64,000 nt of DNA from Cyanophora paradoxa CCMP329 (lineage: Eukaryota > Plantae > Glaucophyta): the NCBI GenBank assembly GCA_004431415.1, contig QPMI01000534.1, positions 235,099-299,098 of the forward strand, read 5' to 3'. The notes beneath the pieces were generated by a model. The model made no database searches and was not told the DNA's origin. It saw only the letters and a list, made by a program, of their open reading frames with translations. The translations under genes were made by a program, and so were the position numbers. Below are positions 13,300 through 26,496 of the stretch, in pieces (the stretch's first letter is position 1; every line of letters begins with the position of its first letter).

Positions 13300-16200
13300 C
13301 TACGGCTTCTTGACGGGGACCTCCCAGGCGAGGCGCGACTCGAGGCCGAAGCCGTACGAGCAGCCGAGCATCACGCTGTACGTCCGCACCGTCGTCCCCG
13401 ACGGCCCCACGAAGCTGCCGGAGAGGGTCGAAAAAGATACGGTCGAAGAGTGCTTAATTTTAGTAAACAGTGCACCTGGGGTCGACGTAGGGGCTGAGCT
13501 GGACGGCGGCGAGGTCCGAGGCGCACGTCTGGTTCCACAGCGCGTAGGGCGAGCCGGAGAGAACAACCTGTCCTTCGGCGCTCGCCAGCGCGTCGCCGGT
13601 CTGCCTCACTTCCAGGCGGCACAGTTTGGCGTGGTCCGGGCACGAATCCGCGAACGTGTACCTGCTCGCAAGATTCGAATTCGGGGCGCAGGAACGCGAT
13701 AAAATGACAGGACAAACCGCAAAGAAACGGGGACGAGCGCGGGCCGCCCGCCGACGACGCCGGTGAGGGTCGAGGGCGTCGCCGTCGCCCCGCTCGCGTA
13801 CGCGTGCTGCGGGGCCGTCGACCGCCGCACCGCCAGCTTGACCTCGCACGATGCTCCGTTGGGCCGGGAGGAGGAGTAGAGCCGGATCGTGTACGTGTTC
13901 CCGACGGCGAGCTGCGATCATCGGATCGCGTGTGAGCGGTCGGGCAATGTCATCCACAGCGATTTCCAACGAATGGAACTGCGCACCGGCGTGCCCGGCG
14001 CGATGCTCTGCGTGAGGGTGGTGGAGATGGGCCGCATGCACGACGAGTCGAACGTAACCTGCGCCAACGTTCCATGTCATGATCAAAGCAGCGGGTCTCA
14101 TAGAGTGAACGCCTGCTATCGCACCTGGGACTTCAGATCGGGGGCGTCAGCGGTGCACTGGTTGGGCGCCACTGTGATGTCCTGGCTCATGGGCGGGCAG
14201 ATCTGCTCGGCCGCTCTGCATAATCAGTCCAAATCTAAAGACATTGGATGTGTTTCTAGATTGGTGCATACCGCCTGGGCGAGCGGGCCGTCCTGATCGA
14301 CGACTGTGAGGGCGAAGGTGCAGTTGCCGCGCGGGCCCTTGCCCGAGTTGTTCGTGATGCTGAACTGGACCTGCGTCGTCCCTGTGCCAGAGGTCGGAAG
14401 GCCTGCGACGGACCAGGCGTTGTTGGTCGGCCAATCCGGAATAGCCGGAAGCAGAGGTGTGCCCGCGGCGGGGCTCTGCGTGAGGGCTATACATGGCGCG
14501 CGTGAGCTTGCAATATATGTCAAATTAAGGCGCAAAAACTCGCGCACTGATGTTGGTGCCCCAGTCGGCGAAGAGAAAACGGCGCAGGTCGGGCACAAGG
14601 GCACCACAGACGCGGTTTCCGTTGTACGTAACCGGCTCGAGGCGCGAGACGGTCATGGGTCCCGGGCACTGGACGCTGTAGTACGTCGTCGGCGCCGCGT
14701 AGGGGAAGCACTGCTCGCCGGAGCCGGAGCCGGAGCCGGAGCCGGGGGTGGTCGAGCCTCCTGGATTTGGGTTCGGGGTCGGGGCGGCGGGGGACGTCCC
14801 GTTGCATTCGGGGTCGCGGACGGAGAGCGTGAAGTTGCCCGTCTGGCTGCTGATGATGGTGCCCTCGACGACGACGTAGTAGTGGGTGGAGAGTGGCAGC
14901 GAGTAGTACTCGGTCAACGTTAGTTCGCAGCCGGCAGCTGCGGGCGGGGGAGATCGCGCGACGTCCAACATGAGAATTTCGCCGATGCAATTAGGCGTCA
15001 GTAAACACGGACATTGCTTTATGACTGAAGCGGTTGCTGTGCCTGGGCAGCCGATGTACAGGTAGAGTGTGGGAACGAAATCGAGATCCGGGGAGCAGAC
15101 CGAAATCCTCGCGTCCCGCCTGAGAAGTATTTCAGTGTCCCAGTGTATAGGTTGACGGCCGCAAAGCACGATTGTGTTAGGATGCACCTGCTAGCTTGTA
15201 GATCCGTCAAACGATATATAGCCTGCCTTCCAGCGCCGCCGACCGCCAAAGGCCAGTCGCGAAGAGAGGACCTGACCGAGCCGCAGTAGGCGAGCTGAGT
15301 GAAGCGCATATTGGCAGGGCAAGCAGCAGCTGTATGAGCCGAGGAGCATGAGATCTTAAGACTGAAAGAAACATTGAGAACTGCTCACGTGTACGCGAGC
15401 CCGGAGATGACATGTATGACGAGCAGAAGCTGTCCTTGCCGTAGAACTCCAGCGTGATTGGATTTCTTGAAAAAAGGGTCTCGGTCGGCGGCCAGGCCAG
15501 TGGGCCGACGGGCATCAGCCTACTATCGCTTCTCGGCACTATGTAACGGAAAATTGTGACGATGTAATACGCCCCTGCAAGCAGCCCGCGAGTGCCGGAC
15601 ACCACCAGGCTGTCACTGCCAGCTTATCGCAGCACGAGTCAATGCACTGTAGCTAGTTATATATACATATATATAATTCTGCATGCGCACTCGTCGAGAT
15701 TATACGGGCCCTTGAAGAAGTTGGGCAATCGTCAATTAGAAGATGCGCAGTGGTATAGCGATCTTCAGGTTTGAATGTTGTTCCGACGTAGTATAAGCCA
15801 TAGCCACTTGTTTGTAAGATCATTCTGCCACGTTAGTAGGCATTAGATAATTATATAAGCTCCAGAGCCACGTGCACAATAAACACTCGTGCGGACCCTC
15901 CGGATGACGTGATAGTCGGCAGAATTACTCGCGAGACGACGCTCCGGTAGTGCACGAAGTAGTAGTTATTGCCATCGTAATCATAAGATTGGGGAATGAC
16001 ATCCTTGTACACCGACTCCAGAGACTTTCCGATCGCGACGGCTAGGTTGTTCTGTGGCGTTGAGATGATGACGGCCTGCCCGCAAGGGGTCAGCTCCAGG
16101 GCGCTGCACGACTGTCCGGAGCCGGTAGTGAGTTCGGCCCCCGGCGGTGTGGCGCAGGAGTCGTCTGTTGTGTCCAAGCGAAATTCGCGAGAAAAAGCTC

Positions 16201-18467
16201 TGTAATCAGCTGCAGAGTAGCGCCAGCCCTGCTCAACACAATTCAGTTTTCTCTTAAGCTTTGCAATGCGGCATGACCGCGCCGAACCTGGACCAGGACA
16301 TAGTACGTGCCGGACTTGAGCGTGAATGGAGAGTCTGCAGAGAGGCAGGCACGCGGTCGAACTTTGGAAACCACGAGGCAGCGATAAGAACGCACGAATA
16401 TAAACCCGCTGCAGTCCGCTTGAAGCCGATTCCGATGAGCTGATGCGTTGGTAGGAAGGCATGCTGGGCGAGCCGATGTAAAGGTACATCTCCGGACGAC
16501 TAAACTCGGAATAGTTCCCCACAGAAATCCGAAAGTTGATTCTGCAAACGCGGTATGCGTTAATTGTTTGACCTATAACTGCTCGACTCGCGATACGCAC
16601 CTATCCTGTTCGACTCGCAGCCGAGCGACGAATACACCAGTTATTTGCTGGGGTGTGCTGTAGAGGTACGGGACACCAGCTGCTGCCGCCTCGACGCTCC
16701 AGTCCCCCACCACTCTATACCATCTGGTGAGAACCCGATACAAGTCCTTTGGCTTGTTCGCGAGGGTCTCGCGTAGGGAGGAGCAGCCGGAAACCGTTGC
16801 CTGCACGAGGCTCGCGTTGTATGCCGGCGAACCGACCGTGGAAGCGAAGCCTGCCCGAAAGATTCAATGATTCGAAGCGCCCAGCGAGCTTATCCGCGGA
16901 CCAGGAAGAACGAGGTTTTTCACGCTAAGGAGAAGATCCGGGCTTCCGGTCCTGAGGCTTGTGGCCACCAAGGCACCCGAGAGCGCTCCTGTCTTTACTG
17001 CTGACTCGACAGTCTGCGCTCGGGATCGCTGCAGCTTCTCATGTTACGGAGATTGAGAGCGCGCTCACCGCCACGGTCGCGGACGGAAACGCCTGCCGGT
17101 AGAGAGCAATCACACCCGCAGCGAGGGCGGCGGAGAAGGACGTCCCGTGCACGACCGTTCGGTCAGCAGTGAAGCCCTCTGGATAAATGCTGTGGTCGGT
17201 GATAACAAAATACGCTTTCGAGCCCGTCTCGAATGAGCCCGTGTCGATCTCATACGGCTTCATGGCCGCGAGGATGTTCTGCCCCGGGGCGAAGAGGGTG
17301 ACGCAGGAGCCCCAGTTGGAGAAGCCGGCGCGGTAGTCGTCCTGGTCGCTCGCCCCAACGTTGATCACGTTCGGGGTGTTGCCTGTAAAATAAAAGGGAT
17401 GAGTTGAATTCCGGAGCCGTTGAATCGATTCTGGATTTCGCGCACCAGGTAGGGCAGTACAGCTGGGGATTTGAATCGCGCATGACATTAGTTTTCTTGC
17501 GAGACATTAGCGAGACTGAAGGTCCGCACCTGTCGCTCGCATCGTTTCCTGCAGCCTACGTAGTCTTTGAGCAACTGCGTTCGAAAAATGCACGAACTTG
17601 TGCGCACCGTAACCACAACAGCCCCCACGTTTCGAAGGCTGCGTGCAAAGAGCGTCTGTGAGAGAGCAAGCGAGCGAGAAAGCTTTAAGAAATTCTCCAA
17701 GATCAAAGCTGACCGAGTGACGGCATCGTTGTAGGCCGGGTCATAAGTAAGCAAGTTGCCTACGGACAGAGAAGCGGAGACGACGCCGAGGAGGACGACC
17801 GCCTTGCGGCCCGTGCGGCTGTTCATGCTCGCGATCGCCGCGTCCATGCCTGCGGACGAGGATTCACAAACGCTGTAACACGCCAGCAGAAGTATATGTA
17901 CGCACCAGCAATAACACTGCTGCTTGAAGTCATTGCGAAGCAGTTGCTCGTGGGATTGCTTCGATCCTGGTGCGCGAACACTGCGCGATGCAAGGTGAGA
18001 AAGTGCTCGCGAAGCCGAATAAATGACTGGATGGGCGCCAGCACCTTTGAGTGCGAGAATCGTTGCCCCTGGAGCTGCTCCCAGAGTGCTCCCAGCGGCG
18101 ACCTGGCGACATGTATGTATAGTTGCGTCAGCGCTCGCGGCCGCGACGTTCGGCGTTGAAACCAAGATCTTGAAAACGCACGGAAGCGACGGCGGTGCCG
18201 TGAAACTGCGGCGAGCACTCGGCGGCCCAGTACTCGCTGCTGGAGGAATACATGGACGAGTCGACGTCGAAGAGGCGGACCTGCGCGGGCGAGACGCGAT
18301 ATCGCGATCAAACAAGCTGACGCGCAAATCTGTGGTGCGACAAGGAGGGGGGAGGGGGGTCGAGGCGGGGAGGGATGGGGTGGTGGGGGTGGGGGTGGTG
18401 GGGGTGGGGGGGGGGGGGCGGGGGGGGGGGGGGGGGGCATTGAGCTGGAAGGGAGTGCTGGAAGCCG

Positions 18468-18504
<37 letters not shown>

Positions 18505-19945
18505 AGAAGGAAGAAGGGGGGAGGGGGGAGGAGAGGAGGGACGGATCCCGCGACGGAAGGGGGATCCAGCCAGCAAGACATCGACGCACCACGCGGGAGC
18601 CGAACTCGGGGTGGTTCGCGAAAATGCCCGTGTCAAGCACGTAGATGTCCACGTTGGCGCCGTCCACCGTGCCCCGCTGGTACTTTCCGTCCAGCGGCTT
18701 CGAGCCGTCCAGCCTGCGCTCGCCTCAGGTTTTGACGATCCAGGCGGGAGACTTCTACTCAAGCCGCGCTCACCGGTCGAGGTGCCACGCGGAGAGGTTT
18801 GCGGCCCACGGGGACGGCTCGATGCGAGTGCCGGTGCTGAAGTCGGGGAGAGGCGTCCCAGTGCCAGCCGGGAAAAAGAGCTCGGAGGTAGATTGGGCTC
18901 CTGATTGCGCAGGTAGCAACACCTAGTGGGAAAGTCGCGAGGAGTGTTAATTGTCATTGCTAGTGACATATGCGAACTAACGCAAAAGGCGCAGTTAAAT
19001 TAAAGGCTTCCAACTTCGGACGGACGGACCCTGTCCGGGACGACGAAGCTGACGTCCTCGTGCGCCGCCAGCTCCGCCCGCACTTCCGGTGTCAGCCTGC
19101 GCCGCGTTAGATATCGATGACGGAGGACGGCAGGGAGCCCGAGGCGCGGACCTGGCGGAGAAGCCGCGGAGGGCGTGCGAGAAGGAGCGCGTGACCTCGA
19201 CGTGGCCCTCCTCCGCCCCGTGCTTGGCCCGCGCCGCCGCCCGCGCGTGCGCCTTCACCCGCTCCACGTGCTCCTCCGTCGCGTGGCCCCGGAGCCCCTG
19301 CGCGCGCATCTAAGCGGGAGGAGAGCAAAGCATAAGAACTCCGATCCGAAGCGGACCACGATGTAGTGGTGCTCGATGGCGGCGCCGTGCCGCTCGGCGG
19401 CGGCGGCGGCCTCCGGGCTCGTCTCCCGCAGGTGCGTCATCGACATCGCCGCTGCGCCGACGACACGCGGCGCTGCGCAAGCAAGATCGGACGTCGACCT
19501 GGGATTTCGAGCGGCCGAAAGGGGAGCGAGGGGCGCACAAGCACCGCCTTCTGCCTGCTCCGGCCCGCGGCGGGCGCCTGTGCCCCTTTCATCCAGCATG
19601 TGCCCCTGCCGCTGTACCTGCTCCTTGAGGTTCGCCAGCTCCGCCCTAAGCGCGGCGATGTCTGCGCGCGCGGGGTGCCATGCGATCGATGGTTATAAGC
19701 GGCGAAGCGCACGGGAGAGGCCTAGCTATAGGCCCAGGGCGCATCCGCGAGGAATTCTGGATTTCGATCGCGGTCTACTCGAGCGAGGCGGCGCGCGCAC
19801 CCGACGCTGCGGAGTCTTCGCCTCCCTGCCGATGCTTCGTTTCGCGCTTCGTTTCCCCAGCCGCATGGGCTGCCGCCACGATCGAGAGCAGCTGGACCGC
19901 CACGAGCGCAAGGGCAACCACGCGAAGACGGCCGCTGCGGGCCAT
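13300..19945 (-). CDS. Secreted subtilisin-like serine protease (S8, proteinase K-like) with I9 prodomain and C-terminal PPC-like and HYR-like domains; many exons
   Basis: Signal MARSGRLRVVALALVAVQLLSIVAAAHA; I9-like HYIVV...FSHALRGFSARL; catalytic VDIYVLDTGI (~18640), FHGTAVAS (~18195), AAGND (~17545), VVHGTSFSAALAAG (~17140); FSNWGSCVTLFAPG; YYVVVEG...GNFTLSV; LTQSPAAGT...GNCTFALTVVDQDGP; last exon ends VKKP* at 13300. Confidence 0.85.
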
Positions 19946-20180
19946 GCTTATCGCTGCGGGCATGGGCCGCGCGTGTTCCATGTCGCTGCAGCCTGCAGCT
20001 GGTGCTGCTCCTGCCCGCTGCTGCTCAGCACTGCGGCAGCAGCTCAGGCGGGGGGAGTCAGGCCCTGAGGCTACTACTACTAGTACTACCGGCACGGTAG
20101 TATAGCCTAGACTGCTGCCTAGTAGACTAGGCTGTTACAGTGTTACTAAGTTAGCGCTCACCGTGGCACACCGTCCCTAG

Positions 20181-20675
20181 TAGAGCTGTGCTCGCTGGGG
20201 GGGGCCGGGCCCAGCGGCCGCTGAAGCCCGGCGAGCGGCGCCCGTCGCTGGCCCGTCGCTGAGGTGGGGGTACCGCCAAAACCTGTAGAAAAACTGCTGA
20301 AAACCGACCGAAAACCTATCTGTTCCGTTTAGTTTATTTCGTACAAGCTTTTAAGATGCGCGCGTACGCAAATGCAGATTTAATGCTTAGTTCCGCGAGC
20401 CATCTGTCAATTTCTGCGAGATAGAGGCCAGCTGCAGGCTGCTTTTGGGCGAAGCGGAGCGCCTGGATGCTCGAAAACAGTCGAAATTTAGCAAGATTGA
20501 TCGGCTACGCCGACCTACGTCGACCTTCAGATGAGAAAAAAGCGGGATGGAGCTTTTTCTGGCGCCTGTCAGCCATAAAAAACGCTGAGCGAGGAGGTGT
20601 CGCTGGCGGAAAACGCCAAGCGTAGCGGCCGCTGGAACCTCGCGAGCGAAGCGACCACCAGCGACCACAGCCCTA
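20181..20675. mobile_element. Non-autonomous hAT-type MITE (495 bp)
   Basis: Imperfect TIRs TAGAGCTGTGCTCGCTGG / CCAGCGACCACAGCCCTA; perfect 8-bp TSD GTCCCTAG at 20173-20180 and 20676-20683. Confidence 0.85.
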
Positions 20676-20771
20676 GTCCCTAGTACTCCCTACAGCCTAC
20701 AGGCTGCAGGCTGCAGCGCTAGCTATCATAGTGACATAGTATAGAAATAGCCTATAGCCTATACTATACTA

Positions 20772-21019
20772 CCGTAATGCACTTTATTAATGCGCGCACT
20801 TAATTAATGCGGCACCAAATTAATGCGTTTTCCGTTGGCAAAACGCATTAATTTGGTACCGCATTATTATCGAAACGCTAAGAAACTGCTGTATATGTAC
20901 CCCCAACCGCAGCCAAAAGGCTTCAAAACGCATTAATTTGGTGCCGCATTAATAGCCATTATAGGGGTCCGGGTCCAAAATCGCATTAATATCTGGCGCA
21001 TTAATTAAGTGCATTACGG
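20772..21019. mobile_element. Tc1/mariner-pogo-type MITE (248 bp)
   Basis: TIR CCGTAATGCACTTTATTAATGCGC vs GCGCATTAATTAAGTGCATTACGG (1 mismatch); TA on both sides; internal ATTAATGCG/CGCATTAAT repeats. Confidence 0.85.
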
Positions 21020-23316
21020 TATATGATAGCGGCACTCAGTGACTGCCGCTGCAGTGCCGCATCATCGCGGCATGCGCAGTGCTGCGGCACTGCGGCAGTG
21101 CAGCCTCACTGTGCAGTGCAGTGCCAGACACTGCCAGTGCAGCCTGCCAGGCTTGCAAGTTGCGACTCAACTTGCGAGTCTTGCGAGTCAGTTGCGACTC
21201 AAAAAAGTTGCGAGCCTCGGATGATCTGCCTACGCTACGAGTTATGGCTCTATGGCGCGATTTCCGCCATACAAACCTTTTTCCGAGTCAAGTTGATTGA
21301 CTCAACTCGGCAGAGCTCTCGACCAATGGCCGCCCGGTGCCCGGTTTCGAGTCAAATTAGTGTTGCCAGGTGCCCGCGTTTTCCCCGTACTAATTCGACT
21401 TGAAAATGCCAGTGTTTTCTGATTGGGCACGTGCCGGTATATTTCGCATGCTATATAAAAGCTGCTGTTGGCAGTTACTAGACGGCGGTTACTAGGACTA
21501 TACCAGGTAGCTACTAGAACCATACCAGGTACTAATTTACATAAGGGCAGGATCTGCCAGTTTCGCGCCCATGGCCAGTCCAGTCTGATCTGCCAGTTTC
21601 GCCCCAGGCTAGCGCTAGTCGGATGACTCGGATCCAGTCTGATCATGATCATGAGGCTCTAGATCTGAGCGCCGGCCGGCGCCGGCCCGCCGGGGCCGCC
21701 GGGCGCCTCGGCCCGCGCCGGCGGCCGCGGCCGCGGGCGCCGGCAGCCGCGCGCGGGCCGGCGCCTGCCAGCCAGTGCCAGCACTGCCAGGCAGCCCAGG
21801 CTGCACTGCCGCAGCAGTGCCGCTGCAGGCTGCAGCCTGCAGCTGAGTGCGCCTGAGTCTGAGAATGACTCAATCGCGGCTCGATCAATTATGTACGCCG
21901 CCATCTGATCTTCAGGGTAAATCAGAACACGTAGAGGAAATATGCAGATCGGGTGTAATTTAATGAATGTTGCGTTTTCGTTGTTTGAATGCGCAATTCA
22001 ACATTTGGTCCAGGCAGTTACAGAAACTACCCACTCGGTAATCTGGGTATACGTAGCTGCTGGCAGCCTGCACTGCGGCAGTGCAGCTGGCCCTGCGGCA
22101 CTGCAGTCACTGAGTGCGCATGCGAGGCTGGGGCCTAGCCGCCCAGTAGGCTTGCTGCCTCGAGCCTAGCCAGCTAACAAGCCGGCTAGGCTATATAGCT
22201 AGCGGACTTTGGCGGGCGGCTCAAGCCGGCTCGCAAGCCCGGCTAGCGCGGATCCGGATGGCGCTAGCCAGCTAGCCAGCTAGCCGCCAGCTGGCCGGAG
22301 GGGCAAGCCCCGTGGGCTAGACCAGGCCATTGGAGGGGGGGAGGAGCTTGAAAGGGGGGGGAAATCAGGCTAGCCTGGCAAGCCGGCTAGCGAAGGGTTA
22401 AAACGTTTTTGGCAGTCGAGGACTCGATTGCGAGGCATGCGCAAGCCTGCTTGCTAGCGGCTCGAGCGCTAGCCGATTTTCGGGCTGGCTAGGCTTGGCT
22501 CGATCGCGAGCCGGTCCCGGGGCCCGGGACTCGGGGGCCGGGAGTCCGGGACCGTCGAATCGTCGACCTCGGACTCGGGACTGTGGCGCCGGCCCCCAGT
22601 CCGACGGTCTGTGGGCCAGACTGTGGCCCTGACTCAGGCTGACTGTGGGCCGGGCCGCCCGGGCGGCCTGCAGCCTGCAGGCTGCAGCCTGCAGGCCGCT
22701 GCACTGAGTGCAGCTGCACTGCTGCAGCCTGCAGCTGCAGGCTGCAGCCTGCAGGCGGGGCCGCCGGCCCGCCGCGCCGGGCGCCGGGCCGCCGGCGCCG
22801 CCGGGCCGCCGGCTGCCAGCCTGCAGCCTGCCACACTGCAGCCACAGCGCCACTGTGCCACTAGCTATAGTACTGCGGCACTGGCAGCCGCACTGCCTGC
22901 CGCACTGCAGCCTGGCAGCGGCCAGGCAGCCGCAGTGCCAGCCTGGCAGCCAGTGGCAGGCTGCCGCGCGCCGTGGCCCGCGGGCCGCGGCGCAGTCGAC
23001 AGTGAGTGCTGAACTTCGGAATTCGAAGCAGCACCCAACGAGCTCCCCCGGGGCCCGGCCGGGCTGGTAGGCTGCGGCGGTACGGTAGCCTGATCAGTGA
23101 TCATCGGATCATAGAATGCTTCCGAAGTTCCGAAGTTCCCTGATCCGATGATCATGACTCAGTGAGGAGCTGCGCGACCGCCGGCCGCGGCCGACGCGGC
23201 TATCCGACGCACTGCGGCGGCATATGGCGCGACTCGCTGTGCGAGTCGAGCGGCCGCGGCCGCGCTGGCCATGGACTCGCGCCTGGAGTTGCGCAGCTGC
23301 AGCCCACTCTTGGCCG

Positions 23317-24981
23317 ATGATGGCGCGCCTGGTAATTGCAATTGGCCTGATAACTATAGTCGTGCTGATTTGCGGCGGATGCGTGAACGGTGCGCATGCT
23401 GTGCCACGCCTTGACCGCGCCGACCCTAGGCCTAGGCCTGTCACAGTGTTCTCGATGACTTTTGTGACCCCTCACGCACAGCGGAAGTCGTGCTCGATGG
23501 CACTGCAGCTGGCAGTGCATATGGGAGCGCTGACTACGAAGCGCATGCGCGCGCCGAGGCGACGGGCGGCGCTGGCGCCGCGCGGAGAGTTCTGCAGACA
23601 GCCACTACGGGAAGCGATGCCTACTCGGGCGCTCTGTGGGGTTCCCTCGCGCTGGAACTTGGCCCTTCGGCAGCGCAGGCGGACGACACATCGCTGTTAG
23701 AATGCTTGCGGGCCTGGGCCCCCGCCGACGGCGCCCTCGCCTGCACCTTCAGCCCGCGGCGCCGTAACGCCGCCCTCGCCGTCGAGGCCGCCGCGTGAGC
23801 CGCCCCGCGCTTTTCAGGTTGCACCCCGCGCCAAACCGATCGCGACGGGCGCGCAGGTTCGCGGTGCAGCTGACGAGCGGCGAGGCGAGCCGGACGGTGT
23901 TCCTGTCGGGGGCGAGCGCGTCGTCGTTCGCGTTCTCGGTGCCGGTGGCGGGCGTGCTCGGCCGGGCGCAGCTGCGCGCGTACCGAACGGCGACGGGTCG
24001 CGTCGTGGGCCGCCCACTCGACGTCGACATCGTCGGTGCGACTGGATCCGGATCGATCCCGCCCGGTCCTCGCGGGTTGTGCGGGTGTCTGATCGGGGGC
24101 TCGGCCGCCGGCAGGTACTCCGGACGCAACGTCGCAGCTCGACTGCGGGGTGCGGCTGCAGGCGGCCGGCGGGCCGGTCCGCTGCAGTGAGCCCGCCCCC
24201 CTCCTGCATCTGAGCGCGCGCGCGCGTTGCACTGACGTATTGTTGTGCAGCGTTGTACCCGCGGTCGATGGGGCGGGCGGTCGGAGTGGCGCTGGCGTCG
24301 GTGCTGGTGAGCGGAGTGAACGGGACGGCACAGCTGGCGGCGGGGGGCGCGTCCTCGGACGTGGCGGGCGTCGGGGGCATCGGGATCACGTTCTGGCTGG
24401 CGGCGGGGGCGAACGCGAGCGGCGGGGCGGTGCGGGCATTCGTGGGGCCAGTGGCGCTGTACCGCGAATTCGCCTTCTACGGTGCGTCCGCCGCCGCCAC
24501 CCTGCATACCATTTCCATCACGCGCTGGCAACGTTACGCTCTCTTCTGACACTTGGATTGATGCAGAGGCAGAAACGACTCCGCTGCTGGCGATCGCTCC
24601 TTCGCCGATGGCGTCGCCATCGCCCTCGCCGACTGCGAGCGCGAGCCCGTCGCCATCGCCGTCAGCGACAGCGAGCCCTTCGCCGTCGCCCTCCAGCACG
24701 CCGTCCCCGTCCCCGTCGCCATCACCGTCGGCAAGCCCGAGCCCATCGCCGTCGCCCTCGGCAAGCCCGAGCCCGAGCCCGAGCCCGTCGGCGAGCCCGA
24801 GCCCGAGCCCAAGCCCGTCGCCGTCGCCATCGCCATCGGCGACGGCAAGCTCGAGCCCGAGCCCGTCGGCGAGCCCGAGCCCGAGCCCGTCACCATCGCC
24901 ATCAGCGAGCCTGCGGCCGTCACCGTCTGCGAGTCCGTCGCCAAGCCCGTCGCCGTCGCCGTCCCCTTCGCCAAGCATGCG

Positions 24982-25012
<31 letters not shown>

Positions 25013-26465
25013 GCGAGCCCGAGTCCTTCTCCCTCGGTCACCCCGTCGCGAGCGCCTTCCCCCTCCGCGAGCCCCTCGCCGTCGTACACCCCTTCGCCGT
25101 CGCCGACGCCGGCCCCGCCGCTTCACCCGTGTGCGAACGTGCGCAAAGGCTCTTGCAAGCTTTGAATATGTCAACCTCTGGGGTGACCAATGTTGGCGCA
25201 GGCGTCCGATCCGAGGGACCTGTTCTCGTGCACGCTTTGGACCTCTCTCGCGCTGGAGCTCGGCCCGTCGGCGGCGCAGGCGGACGACACATCGCTTTTA
25301 GAATGCGCGCGGGCCTGGGCCCCCGCCGACGGCGCCCTCGTCTGCACCTTCAGCCCGCAGCGCCGCAACGCCGCCCTCGCCGTCGAGGCCGCCGCGTGAG
25401 CGCTGGCCGCCCCACGCTTCCCGGGCCGCGCCTCGCGGGCGACAAACGGGCGCGCAGGTTCGCGGTGCAGCTGACGAGCGGCGAGGCGAGCCGGACGGTG
25501 TTCCTGTCGGGGGCGAGCGCGTCTTCGTTCGCGTTCTCGATGCCGGTGGCGGGCGTGCTCGGCCGGGCCCAGCTGCGCGCGTACCGAACGGCGACGCGGC
25601 GCGTCGTGGGCCGCCCACTCGACGTCGACATCGTCGGTGCGACCGGATCCCGCCCGGGCCTCGCGGGTTGTGCGGGTGTCTGATCGGGGCCTCGGCCACC
25701 GGCAGGTACTCCGGACGCGACGTCGCAGCTCGACTGCGGGGTGCGGCTGCAGGCGGCCGGCGGGCCGATTCACTGCAGTGAGCCCGCCTCCGTCCCGCGT
25801 CTGAGCGCGCGCGCGCGTTGCACTGACGCATTGTTGTGCAGCGTTGTACCCGCGGTCGATGGGGCGGGCGGTCGGGGTGGCGCTGGCGTCGGTGCTGGTG
25901 AGCGGAGTGAACGGGACGGCACAGCTGGCGGCGGGGCCCGGGGGCGCGTCCTCGGACGTGGCGGGCGTCGGGGGCATCGGGATCACGTTCTGGCCGGCGG
26001 CGGGGGCGAACGCGAGCGGCGGGGCGGTGCGGGCGTTCGTGGGGCCGGTGGCGCTGTACCGCGAGTTCGCCTTCTACGGTGCGGCCTCCGCTGCCGCCCT
26101 GCGTTGTTTCGCGCCTTGAGACTAGAAATCGCAGGAATGTCAGCTGCATCAATTTCTGTGCCGGCAATCGTTCCGACGCCGTCGTCTTTGCCGTGGCCAT
26201 CGGCCCTAGCAAGCCCCACTCCGACCCCACTGAGCACGCCGCTGCCGTCGCCATCGGCGAGCCCACGGCCGAGCCCGAGCCCGAGCCCAAGCCCGTTGCC
26301 GTCGCCATCGCCATCGGCGACGGCAAGCCCGAGCCCGAGCCCGTCGGCGAGCCCGAGCCCAAGCCCGAGCCCGTCGCCATCGCCATCAGCGAGCCTGCGG
26401 CCGTCACCGTCGGCGAGTCCGTCTGCAAGCCCGTCGCCGTCGCCGTCCCCTTCGCCAAGCATGCG

Positions 26466-26496
<31 letters not shown>

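Noticed and set aside
22147-22449. Possible TIR pair TAGGCTTGC / GCAAGCCTG
   Set aside because: Short, gapped match with no target-site duplication; cannot be delimited as an element.
23790-23800. Recurrent TGA after AVEAAA in each module, suggesting readthrough or selenocysteine
   Set aside because: The TGA is part of the GTGAG splice donor; splicing restores the frame (EAAA|FAVQL).
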